Assembly: GCA_934167485.1 (NCBI GenBank)
Contig: CAKPKL010000002.1
Span: 83,027 to 147,026 of the forward strand
Source of the DNA: an uncultured Bacilli bacterium
GTDB taxonomy: Bacteria > Bacillota_I > Bacilli_A > RF39 > UBA660
Direction: 5' to 3'
DNA: 64,000 bases
Each line of letters opens with the position of its first letter. Position 1 is the first letter of the stretch. Below the pieces are notes generated by a model. The model made no database searches. It was not told the origin of the DNA and saw only the letters and a list, made by a program, of their open reading frames with translations. Below, one piece after another: positions 46,176 to 55,214 of this stretch. The position numbers and the translations under genes are program-made.

Positions 46176-47960
46176 CTATAGTCCTCCACCACTACCAAAT
46201 GAATCTAATTCTTCATCTGATACTATTACATTTATTCTCATTCTTCTACTACCACAAACAAATAATGCTTCACCTTGTTGATATTGTTTTATACTTTCTT
46301 TTTCATTATCATTTAAATCTATTAATTTTGCTAAATCATCAACAGCTTGTTTTTTTAGTCCCATTACCAAATAATAAGAAGCATTATCAAATATTGCTTT
46401 CCCTTGAGTAATTACACTAGGATCACTAAAATCTGTTGGTTGCTGAGTAATTATTATTGTTCCTGTATTGTACTTTCTTGCACGTCTTTGAATCTGTGCT
46501 AAAAAGTCTGCTCCTAAAGTATTTCCTCCACTAAGTAATACATGAGCCTCATCTACCATCATTACAGTATTAATAGAACTATTTAAAGTAAGTCCCCAAG
46601 CATATTTAAGTATATTAAAGAATAAAGCATTTCTAATATTTGTATCAGCATTCATTATTTCTCTTATATTGAATACAACAAAATTACTTTGTGGTTTTAT
46701 TGTTGTATGACCATCGAAATAATACTTAAGTTCTCTTACTATCGGTCTAATTTTTATCTCTAATTTTTCCAAAACATCTTTTTCTTGTGTCTTTTCTGGC
46801 ATAGATAAAATCCTACCCTTTATAGTAGCATATACATCTTTAAACGTTGGATAATCTTCTGAATGGTATTTAGTAAAATCAGAATTAAAATCTATACCAA
46901 ATCTTTTATATGTTTCTTGTACTACCTCACTAAACATATTTACGACATCTTCACCAATACTAGGATCATAATACTTTAAAAATGCTTTTATTGTTTGTAA
47001 AGTTCTAGTAAACACTGTATATCCAAGTCCTTGTCTCATTTCATCTTCATCAGCATCTACAATAACTTCAAGTGGATTTATCATACCAAAATCTCCACCT
47101 TTACCCAAACTAATGAAATCTCCATCAAAGGCATTAGTCATCTCTTCTAATTCTCCTTCTGGATCTATTACAACAACTTGATTATTATTTCTTATATGAC
47201 TTCTTAAAAGTAATTTAGCAGCTGTAGATTTACCACTACCACTTGTACCCAAAATAATCATATTGGCATTATTTCTATTATGTTCTTTTTTAATTTGATA
47301 TAAAAATTGATTAAATAATATTACACCACCTGAAAAATCTATTCCAAGTAAAGTAGATAAACCAGGGTCTTTAATACTATCAAATATAAACGGATACATA
47401 GCAGCCATAGTTGGAGATGGAATTGGTGTACCAATTCTATCTTCAATATCTTGTTTACCATATATAGGTATAATAGATTTCAAAACTTTATCTTGTTCAA
47501 ATCTTAAAGGTACAGCTCTCATTTCCATAGCTTCCAAATAATTTTTTACTTGTAATTTTTTAGAATCTAATTCTTCTTGAGTATCTGCAGTTATCATAAC
47601 ATGCATTTGAAAATCATATATTTTAGATTGACTAGCAGCAAGTTCACTAATAAACATCTCTAAAGATTCATAATCTTGACGAATTCTTTCTTGAATTGTT
47701 TTATCTTTTTCTTCTTGATATCTTTGTTTTAAATCCGCTAATTCTTTATTTAACATTTTACTTATACTACTAAAAGGAAGTGGTATATGTTTTATAACCA
47801 CTTTTATACCCGACATACTAGTTAAGCTACTTAAATACCCAGGATAAATAAATTTTGGAAAAGAAATTATAGTTAAAATACAAGCATATTTATCACTTAT
47901 AATAAATTGATTAGGTTTAAACTCCAATCCTTTTGGAGCAATTTGACTTCTTATATCCAT
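46176..47960 (-). CDS. VirB4-family T4SS ATPase, middle plus ATPase domains (C-terminal part of a split VirB4)
   Basis: Walker A ILGTSGSGKST, MMVDEAH Walker B, 594 aa. Confidence 0.85.
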   Translation of the reverse strand: MDIRSQIAPKGLEFKPNQFIISDKYACILTIISFPKFIYPGYLSSLTSMSGIKVVIKHIPLPFSSISKMLNKELADLKQRYQEEKDKTIQERIRQDYESLEMFISELAASQSKIYDFQMHVMITADTQEELDSKKLQVKNYLEAMEMRAVPLRFEQDKVLKSIIPIYGKQDIEDRIGTPIPSPTMAAMYPFIFDSIKDPGLSTLLGIDFSGGVILFNQFLYQIKKEHNRNNANMIILGTSGSGKSTAAKLLLRSHIRNNNQVVVIDPEGELEEMTNAFDGDFISLGKGGDFGMINPLEVIVDADEDEMRQGLGYTVFTRTLQTIKAFLKYYDPSIGEDVVNMFSEVVQETYKRFGIDFNSDFTKYHSEDYPTFKDVYATIKGRILSMPEKTQEKDVLEKLEIKIRPIVRELKYYFDGHTTIKPQSNFVVFNIREIMNADTNIRNALFFNILKYAWGLTLNSSINTVMMVDEAHVLLSGGNTLGADFLAQIQRRARKYNTGTIIITQQPTDFSDPSVITQGKAIFDNASYYLVMGLKKQAVDDLAKLIDLNDNEKESIKQYQQGEALFVCGSRRMRINVIVSDEELDSFGSGGGL

Positions 47961-48496
47961 TATGCTAACACCGTCCCAAATGTAGTGGTTTGTCCACCGT
48001 TTAAGAAATTATCAAGAATCATTCTTAAATCATCATTATTCGTTTGAAATGCAGTCAAACCTGCACTAGCAAAATTGTTGATTAAATTACGAATTCTCTT
48101 TTGAATAACATCATTATCTTTTTCTTTAAATAATAAGAAATATTCTGTATCAACAACATTGTTATTCATAAACATATTAGCTTTATTAATATCTTCCATA
48201 ATCAATTTTCTTTTCTTAGTATCATTTACCTGATTATACAATAATTGTAATTGAGATAAATATACATTTATGTCCACTGGCCTATCAGCAACAACAATCC
48301 AAAATTCATAATCTATAGCATTATAAACATTTTTTAAATTCATAATAATTGCATCTTGCATAGATTGATCAAGTATAAAAATATTTCTAGGCATAATTTT
48401 TACACCTGATACTTTTTGATTATTATCTAATACGATAACACCATTTGTAATATTTTTTACTGGCACATCAGTATATTTACTTTTTACTTGTTTCGC
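47960..48496 (-). CDS. VirB4 N-terminal domain as a separate ORF
   Basis: ...VKNITNGVIVLDNNQKVSGVKIMPRNIFILDQSMQDAII... resembles the first ~180 aa of Tn916 Orf16/ConE-type VirB4. The stop TAA overlaps the next ATG (TAATG). The start is uncertain (48496 or 48559). Confidence 0.55.
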   Translation of the reverse strand, partial: AKQVKSKYTDVPVKNITNGVIVLDNNQKVSGVKIMPRNIFILDQSMQDAIIMNLKNVYNAIDYEFWIVVADRPVDINVYLSQLQLLYNQVNDTKKRKLIMEDINKANMFMNNNVVDTEYFLLFKEKDNDVIQKRIRNLINNFASAGLTAFQTNNDDLRMILDNFLNGGQTTTFGTVLA

Positions 48497-48797
48497 CATG
48501 ATCAAAGCACCAACCCTTCCATATATATCTTTGTCTAGTAGTATAAAATTCCCAAGCATTTTTTATTACAGTTCTTATATTGTGATAATTTGGTACAGGT
48601 AATACCAAAAATCCACATATAAGTCCTGGAGCAATAGCAAGTATTGCTACCCAAAACTCTTTGACAGGGAGAATCATCATTAATAATAATGATAATCCAA
48701 CTCCACTACCAAATATAATTAAATCTACTGTATTGAAAAGTCCAAACATCAACATACTCTTCTTTGAGTTTGCTGGTATTAAATATGAATTTTCCAT
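48477..48797 (-). CDS. PrgI/VirB3-like small two-TM protein
   Basis: 106 aa with two TM segments, immediately upstream of and overlapping VirB4. Confidence 0.5.
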   Translation of the reverse strand: MENSYLIPANSKKSMLMFGLFNTVDLIIFGSGVGLSLLLMMILPVKEFWVAILAIAPGLICGFLVLPVPNYHNIRTVIKNAWEFYTTRQRYIWKGWCFDHGETSKK

Positions 48798-48820
48798 TTA
48801 GTATCACACCCTTTTTATTC

Positions 48821-51199
48821 TTATGAACCTCCGCCTAAACGTCTATTATTATGAGATTCAACATTTGTTTTAATTGTAGAACGTTTATCTTGATATTCTT
48901 TTTCACGTTCGCTAATAATTCTTTTAGCTTCAGCAATAGTAATCTCTTTGCCTTCAAACATAACTTTAGTATCTTCTCTAAGTTCACTAATTTCTTTATC
49001 AATTTTAGCCATTTCTTCTTTGGCAGCTGCATGTTTAGCTTCTATATTCTCTGATTCTGTTGCCAAGCCATCAGATTGTGATTTTATTTCAGTTGCAACT
49101 GTCTCAACACTCTCACCATTTGCTTTCGCTGTTTCTTCATACGTTGAATATCTTGCAGCAAAATCTGAATGTCCTTTATCATAAGAAGCTTTCTCTTCTT
49201 CCGACATTTCATGGAAATCAATATTACCATCTGCATCTCGTACATAATCTAGTCCATCTGCTGAAACTGTTGGAGCATATCCTGCTTTTCCTTGTAACCT
49301 AACTTCTAAATGCTCCAAGGCTCCTTGTTTATTTTGATAGAACCCTACAGCTCCTTTTGCTTCAGTTGCAATTTCATCAGTTATAACTTCACCTTTTTTT
49401 ACAACAGCTTCTTGTAATTTCATATTACCATTTTTATCCTTAACACGTCTGTAGTATTTTATATCATTTTCTGCTACTTTTCCAGCATCTTGAACCAAAT
49501 GATCCCTTACTGTCTCTAAATAGTCACTTTTTTTGCTTATAGTACCTGCCTTACCACCTGTTATTTCAGATTTTGAAAAATCTACAAGTGCTTTACCACT
49601 ATCTGCTGTAGTCTTCTTTTTCTTAGCAACATACTCTTCAGCTGCTATACTATCTTTAATTGCTTTTTTTCTATTCTCTTTTTCGTTAACTTGGGCATTT
49701 AAATTTCTTTCCGCCAAATCTATATTATGTTTATCCGTTGTTATTTTTCTACCCTGACGAGCTAATCCAGCATTTTCTAATCCCAAAGCTGAAGCGGCAC
49801 CATAAAAATTTCTTTTTAAAAAACCATCGCCATTTATTCTCGACTCTATCATTTTTCTATTTGCGTCAGCTTGTTTAGACATACCACCTTTAAAACCTTT
49901 GTTCGCAGACATTCCTCTTGCTGCACCTCTAATTAATTGTCCTCGAGGCAGCCCAGCTAAAGCTCCACCTACAGCTCCTGTTATTCTTTTTCCACCGGCT
50001 GCTTGTTCTTCAAACTTTTTAAGCGGATTTAGGAAGAATTTGCCATCACCATCAAGTTTAATTCCTAAGCCTTCTAATATCTTTGGTAATTGTTTAGCAA
50101 ACATTAAAGCTCCAATAATTATAAATATTGAAATAAGACGATTTGATACATAAGAACCATCTATTATATCAACCATTTTTCTATCTGCAACTTTACTTAT
50201 AATAAATACTGCAAAATAAAGTGCTAAAAGTCTTACAAACAAGCTTAAGAACGTTTTAAAACACATTTGATACCATTTCTTAAATAATCCATCTTTACCA
50301 CTTTTTGGATCTACATAGGATATAATTGGAATAGGTGCCATTAATTGTAAAAATGAAAGCTTAATACTACGCATAGCAACATCCATACAGAAAGTTATTA
50401 AAAGGAAAACTATAACCACACCAACTACTGTACTAAACCCATATTTATAATCTATAATATATTCTTTATCTTCTGTTGTAGCTTTAACCATATCTTTTCT
50501 AAACATAAGTCCTAAACTACCAGCCTCTACACCTCTAACATAATCTTTTAAATCCTCTTCAGTAAAATTTTTATCGTTAACTAAGCCTCTCATAGAGTCA
50601 TCTCGTCCATTATCTTCATAATCTGAACTATCTAACCCAGAACATTTCGTATTAAAATGTCTATTTCCTTTTGTATCTACTTCTATTAAATCTGTACAAT
50701 CATATAACTTAACTAAAGATGTATTAGGTGAGAAAAATGCACTCATTGTAATAAACGACATATCTTGTCCTGCCGTATTTAAAAAATTATCATTACTTTC
50801 TGTTCCAAATACCAAAGTAGCAAGAGAATTATCTTCTAAAATTATAGTTTGTAACCTAAAAGCATAATTAAATACATATGGAGTTAATATTAAAAGTGCT
50901 AATGAAATAATGATATTTGTTCCAAGTTTAGCAACTCCTTTTGACTTATCTGAAAAATCATCTGGATTTACTATATATGTTATTAAAGAAAGAGTAACTT
51001 TAAAAATCATAAAAATTGCTAACAACTTATATATTCTATCAGCCATTTGTGATATATCACCTTGTGTTAAAACTGATGTTCTTGCTATTGAAATTAGTAA
51101 ATCGTATATTTGTGGTATAAAATTATAAACAACTTTATCTAACAAATAAAACATTTCTCTAAATATACTATCAAACCAAGTAGCTGCTAAAATATACAT
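48821..51199 (-). CDS. VirB6-like polytopic channel protein with ~400-aa hydrophilic/coiled-coil C-terminal extension
   Basis: 792 aa. About 6-7 TM segments in the first 390 aa. The remainder is charged (KEKE-rich). Confidence 0.55.
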   Translation of the reverse strand: MYILAATWFDSIFREMFYLLDKVVYNFIPQIYDLLISIARTSVLTQGDISQMADRIYKLLAIFMIFKVTLSLITYIVNPDDFSDKSKGVAKLGTNIIISLALLILTPYVFNYAFRLQTIILEDNSLATLVFGTESNDNFLNTAGQDMSFITMSAFFSPNTSLVKLYDCTDLIEVDTKGNRHFNTKCSGLDSSDYEDNGRDDSMRGLVNDKNFTEEDLKDYVRGVEAGSLGLMFRKDMVKATTEDKEYIIDYKYGFSTVVGVVIVFLLITFCMDVAMRSIKLSFLQLMAPIPIISYVDPKSGKDGLFKKWYQMCFKTFLSLFVRLLALYFAVFIISKVADRKMVDIIDGSYVSNRLISIFIIIGALMFAKQLPKILEGLGIKLDGDGKFFLNPLKKFEEQAAGGKRITGAVGGALAGLPRGQLIRGAARGMSANKGFKGGMSKQADANRKMIESRINGDGFLKRNFYGAASALGLENAGLARQGRKITTDKHNIDLAERNLNAQVNEKENRKKAIKDSIAAEEYVAKKKKTTADSGKALVDFSKSEITGGKAGTISKKSDYLETVRDHLVQDAGKVAENDIKYYRRVKDKNGNMKLQEAVVKKGEVITDEIATEAKGAVGFYQNKQGALEHLEVRLQGKAGYAPTVSADGLDYVRDADGNIDFHEMSEEEKASYDKGHSDFAARYSTYEETAKANGESVETVATEIKSQSDGLATESENIEAKHAAAKEEMAKIDKEISELREDTKVMFEGKEITIAEAKRIISEREKEYQDKRSTIKTNVESHNNRRLGGGS

Positions 51200-51249
51200 T
51201 GTTACTCCTCCTTAAAATCTTTTATATAAAGACATTTATACACAGTATC

Positions 51250-51258
51250 ATTATAACA
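51250..51258 (-). promoter_or_regulatory. extended -10 (TGTTATAAT) in front of the VirB6-like gene
   Basis: The reverse complement of 51250-51258. It follows the terminator T tract directly. Confidence 0.4.
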
Positions 51259-51289
51259 AAAAAAGAGCAAATAATCAATAATTATTTGC
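51258..51289 (-). terminator. intra-cluster rho-independent terminator after VirB2-like gene C
   Basis: GCAAATAAT-TATTG-ATTATTTGC followed by TCTTTTTTT. Confidence 0.6.
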
Positions 51290-51304
51290 GTCTTATTTAA
51301 GTTT

Positions 51305-51685
51305 CTATTCAGCATCTGCAATTTGACATGCTTTTTCTGAAGCTTCACCACTTATAAAGCAGTTAAAACAATTCATTATATTTGGATCACTACTAGAAAC
51401 AAATCTAATAATAATTTGAACAACTTGAATTACAAAGAAAACAATAACAGCTGCTATTAATCTCTTTATAAACATTTGTTGACCTTTCTTTATTTCATCT
51501 TCTTTAGCTGCTATTACAGCTTTTCCTAGATCTAACATACCAAATATTATTAATAAAATTGGTACAGCAATCTTAATAATTAAAATTATTGTAGATACAA
51601 GATAAGGGAAAGTACCAGAAAAAACTAAACTAGTTCCTCCACAAGTATATTCAGATTGCATTAAAACCTTTGCCGCTAATATCAT
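51305..51685 (-). CDS. VirB2/TrbC-like two-TM small protein, paralogue C (no signal peptide; own promoter and terminator)
   Basis: 126 aa: ..YTCGG..IAVPILLIIFGMLDLGKAVIAAKEDEIKKGQQMFIKRLIAAVIVFFV...CFNCF. AGGAGG SD. Confidence 0.7.
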   Translation of the reverse strand: MILAAKVLMQSEYTCGGTSLVFSGTFPYLVSTIILIIKIAVPILLIIFGMLDLGKAVIAAKEDEIKKGQQMFIKRLIAAVIVFFVIQVVQIIIRFVSSSDPNIMNCFNCFISGEASEKACQIADAE

Positions 51686-51709
51686 TCTATTCCTCCTAAC
51701 ACTAAATTA

Positions 51710-51738
51710 ATTATATATTTTTTTTATTTAAAAGTCAA
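51710..51738 (-). promoter_or_regulatory. near-consensus sigma-A promoter for paralogue C
   Basis: TTGACT (51738-33), 17-nt spacer, TATAAT (51715-10). Confidence 0.6.
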
Positions 51739-51748
51739 TAATCTTGAA

Positions 51749-52873
51749 TTATTTTAATTTTCCAATTACATAAGGATCATTAGAAGTACCCTTACCAGTT
51801 GTATATAACTCATTTCCATCTATGTATATAACTATATTATATGATGCATTAGTATTAGCAGTTTCAAATGTAGTTAACTCATTTGAAACATATATAACAT
51901 CATAAGAAGTATCAGATGATGAATTTAATGTCCAAGTTGATAAAGGCATATAATACAAGTAATTATAATTATTACAAGAACGTGCTGCTGTAGAATTACA
52001 TTCTGGATCCAAACTTGCCATAAAGTAATCTGATACGTTCACCAATGAGATAACCTCATTCTCTAATATTTCATTACAATCAATTTCTCTACTAATTGAA
52101 TAATCAGAAGCACTTCTTTTACCTATACAAGCATTGTAAGAAACAATGTGTTGTCTTGCATCTTTTTTTATTTTTTTGACGTTTAAATAATCTTCCATAA
52201 GATATGATCTTATCTTACTATCTTTATATATATTTTTACCTACAGTTCTATTAATTTCAGTATTAAATTTGCTATCCCACATTCTAGAATTTAATTCTGT
52301 TTCTGATCTAACTAACTTTACTATACCATTAGAATCTATACTCATGATTCTATATTCTTTTCCATAAAAATTAATATAATTTTTAGGCTTTTCACCTTTA
52401 AATATGTATTCATTGCCTACTTGATATAGCCCAGCCTCTGTAGTTGTTAAACTCTCCATTAATTTATCATTTAAATGAACTGTTGAATATTTATCACATT
52501 CCAAATTAGGAATATAATTCAAATATCCACCTTCATTAGCTTCTACAACTTGACCATTTCTTCTTACAGTAACATTTCCTTTACAAGTTGTATCATCTAA
52601 TAATTTTTCTGTAGATTTAATAAAACCTCCATCAACTAATTTTTTTATACTAATTACTTCAGTTTCTGATTCCTTAGTTAAATCTATTTTTTCACTTTTT
52701 ATGTAATTTTTAGCTGCTGCAATCATTTTAGTCTCATACTTTTCATAAGACATCTTTCTATTGCCACATGCTTGAATGATTGCTAAAAAGACTAATAAAA
52801 CTACAGGTATTAAAATAATTCCCCCAACAGTTATTAAGAACTTTTTATCCATTTTTTTTAATGCATCTATCAT
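51749..52873 (-). CDS. N-terminally anchored secreted protein of unknown function
   Basis: 374 aa, single TM near the N-terminus, Cys-containing extracellular region. Confidence 0.55.
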   Translation of the reverse strand: MIDALKKMDKKFLITVGGIILIPVVLLVFLAIIQACGNRKMSYEKYETKMIAAAKNYIKSEKIDLTKESETEVISIKKLVDGGFIKSTEKLLDDTTCKGNVTVRRNGQVVEANEGGYLNYIPNLECDKYSTVHLNDKLMESLTTTEAGLYQVGNEYIFKGEKPKNYINFYGKEYRIMSIDSNGIVKLVRSETELNSRMWDSKFNTEINRTVGKNIYKDSKIRSYLMEDYLNVKKIKKDARQHIVSYNACIGKRSASDYSISREIDCNEILENEVISLVNVSDYFMASLDPECNSTAARSCNNYNYLYYMPLSTWTLNSSSDTSYDVIYVSNELTTFETANTNASYNIVIYIDGNELYTTGKGTSNDPYVIGKLK

Positions 52874-52887
52874 AAGTTCCTCCTATA

Positions 52888-53319
52888 TTATCTATTTTTA
52901 CAAGTACCATCAGTTTCATTAACACCATTTAAAAAGCAATTAACACAATCTATCATATTTCCATTTTTATCATCTGCTACAAAACTAAATAATAGTTTTA
53001 CTATAGCTATAACAAAGAATACAATAGCTGCCGCTAATAATCTTTTTATAAACATTTGTTGTCCCTTTTTTATTTCATCTTCTTTTTGCGCAGTTATAGC
53101 TTTAAATAAATCTAACATTCCCATTATTACTAAAACTATTGGTACTGCTATTTGAATTACCAAAATTACAGTGTGTACTGTATTTGGAATTTTAGGAGCT
53201 AATTCTACATTCTTTCCTCCAAAAGCACTTATACACCCTTTTGTTGTTACAGCCATTACAGAAGGTGTATATAATACTGCAAAAGCCATTGCTAAAATTA
53301 AAGTTATTTTTTTCTTCAT
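52888..53319 (-). CDS. VirB2/TrbC-like two-TM small protein, paralogue D
   Basis: Signal peptide, then ..GCISAF..IAVPIVLVIMGMLDLFKAITAQKEDEIKKGQQMFIKRLLAAAIVFFV..CVNCF. Confidence 0.7.
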   Translation of the reverse strand: MKKKITLILAMAFAVLYTPSVMAVTTKGCISAFGGKNVELAPKIPNTVHTVILVIQIAVPIVLVIMGMLDLFKAITAQKEDEIKKGQQMFIKRLLAAAIVFFVIAIVKLLFSFVADDKNGNMIDCVNCFLNGVNETDGTCKNR

Positions 53320-53321
53320 GT

Positions 53322-53732
53322 TTATTCCTCCTTACAATCATTACTCATAAAACAATCAACACAATCAATTATGTTCGTACTACTATTATCAGCTACTATA
53401 CTTATTAAAAATTTTGCTATTACAATTACAAAGAATATCAAAGCTGCTATAAGTAATCTTTTTATAAACATTTGTTGTCCTTTTTTAATTTCATCATCTT
53501 TCTGTGCAGATATTCCTTTAAATAAATCTATAGATCCCATAACTACTAATATAACAGGCACTGCTATTTGAATTAAAGTTATGGCAAAACTAACTAATTC
53601 AGGTATTTTTGCAGGTATGCCAGTAACATTGCCACAACTTACCCTACTCATCTCAATAGCATATATATTGGTAAACGGAATAACAGCTATTAATAATCCC
53701 ATTAAAGATAAACTTGATATTTTTTTCTTCAT
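53322..53732 (-). CDS. VirB2/TrbC-like two-TM small protein, paralogue E
   Basis: ..SCGNVTGIP..IAVPVILVVMGSIDLFKGISAQKDDEIKKGQQMFIKRLLIAALIFFV..CVDCF. Confidence 0.7.
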   Translation of the reverse strand: MKKKISSLSLMGLLIAVIPFTNIYAIEMSRVSCGNVTGIPAKIPELVSFAITLIQIAVPVILVVMGSIDLFKGISAQKDDEIKKGQQMFIKRLLIAALIFFVIVIAKFLISIVADNSSTNIIDCVDCFMSNDCKEE

Positions 53733-53740
53733 TTTATCAC

Positions 53741-54184
53741 CTATTTTTTATTAGAACACTCACCACTTATAAAACAATCAGCACATTCAAGTATTCTACT
53801 ACCGTTATTATCAGCTACTAAACTAATAACAAACTTTACTACAACAAATACAAAGAATACAAGCGCTGCTGAAATTAATCTTTTTATAAATATCTGTTGA
53901 GCTTTTTTTATATCATCATCCTTTTGTGCAGATATAGCCTTAAATAAATCTAACATTCCCATTATTACTAAAACTATTGGTACTGCTATTTGAATTGCTA
54001 TATATACAATCTTTATAACTTGTGGAATCAAACTTGGAATATTAGTTAATAGATTATCACCACAACTTACAACTGCGTTCTTGTCATAATTATTATACGT
54101 ATCTGCTTGTACAAAGTCAATAAAAACAACATTAATTAATAGAATTAATAAACAAATTAACACTTTTTTTCTACTTTTTTTCAT
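53741..54184 (-). CDS. VirB2/TrbC-like two-TM small protein, paralogue F
   Basis: ..SCGDNLLTNIP..IAVPIVLVIMGMLDLFKAISAQKDDDIKKAQQIFIKRLISAALVFFV..CADCF. Confidence 0.7.
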   Translation of the reverse strand: MKKSRKKVLICLLILLINVVFIDFVQADTYNNYDKNAVVSCGDNLLTNIPSLIPQVIKIVYIAIQIAVPIVLVIMGMLDLFKAISAQKDDDIKKAQQIFIKRLISAALVFFVFVVVKFVISLVADNNGSRILECADCFISGECSNKK

Positions 54185-54198
54185 TCTTTCCCCCTAAA

Positions 54199-55200
54199 CT
54201 AAATTTCTGATTGTTGTTTAGAAAAACCTAGTTTCACCAACATTTTATTAAGTTCTGGTAATTTTTTACTTCTTTCATTCAATGGAACTAGATTATAAAA
54301 AACTTTAATTCTGGCTTCATATTCAAAATTAGCAACCTCTCTAGAATCTAATAAACTTTGATTTAATACAATTTTTTTACCTTTCAATCCATATAAAGCA
54401 TTAGCATTAAGTACCATTAGTTTTTCTAATTTTATAATAGATGGTTCTATTAAATATAAAACTTCTTGGCAAAAGCCTTCAGCTACCATACTATTATTTA
54501 TATCAACAATAATAATATTTTTATCTTTATTTTTATTTATAACAACACCTATATCACTAGTAATAGTTGAAATTAAACGTTTATCTTTAAAATAAGTAAA
54601 ATCATTTTTATCAACTTCTATACCAACAACACTATAATTTTTACTTAATTCCTTAACCATCATATAAACTAAACTACTAGCCCCAGATTGCTTAGTTATA
54701 TTTTTAACACCTATTATTCTAGTCCCATAAAACTCTGGTGTTTCTGGAACATCAATAGTGGGAGATATAAATTGAGCTTGTGGATTTTGTTGTTGCATAT
54801 TTGCATTAGCAAACGTTGCATCCAACCTATGGAATTGAGCGACATCTCTATAACTGTTTGGACTATTATATAAATATTGAATTCCTTCAAAATTTTTAGC
54901 AAAATTATAAATTCCCATAGATACTAAATTAGATAAAAAGTTAGGATTGCATGTTGCATCTGTTCCATCCAACAATAAAATAACTTTTTCCATATCTAAT
55001 GCCATTGATAATTTTTGTAAATTCACAATATCAGTATAATTTTTTATTGCAGTAATGTCAAGTATCATCCTCTGATAAAAGAAATTTTGAAATGTAGCAA
55101 TTATTTCATCTACATCAAACTCACCATTCATTTCTTTTATTACATCAATACCTAAATTTTCTAACATAGCTTGATTTTTATTTGATATAATTACATTCAT
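54199..55200 (-). CDS. TadZ/CpaE-like protein (receiver-like N-domain plus ParA/MinD-like domain with degenerate P-loop)
   Basis: 333 aa. IIGVKNITKQSGASS sits where KGGxGK[ST] is expected, and IIIVDIN is Walker-B-like. Confidence 0.45.
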   Translation of the reverse strand: MNVIISNKNQAMLENLGIDVIKEMNGEFDVDEIIATFQNFFYQRMILDITAIKNYTDIVNLQKLSMALDMEKVILLLDGTDATCNPNFLSNLVSMGIYNFAKNFEGIQYLYNSPNSYRDVAQFHRLDATFANANMQQQNPQAQFISPTIDVPETPEFYGTRIIGVKNITKQSGASSLVYMMVKELSKNYSVVGIEVDKNDFTYFKDKRLISTITSDIGVVINKNKDKNIIIVDINNSMVAEGFCQEVLYLIEPSIIKLEKLMVLNANALYGLKGKKIVLNQSLLDSREVANFEYEARIKVFYNLVPLNERSKKLPELNKMLVKLGFSKQQSEI

Positions 55201-55214
55201 AAATTCTCCCCTTT

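Noticed and set aside
48835-49032. 65-aa same-strand ORF in an alternative frame inside the VirB6-like gene; similarly 54714-54902 inside the TadZ-like gene.
   Set aside because: Both are embedded in longer ORFs with better coding character. The K/L-rich translation is a frame artefact of the K/E-rich region.
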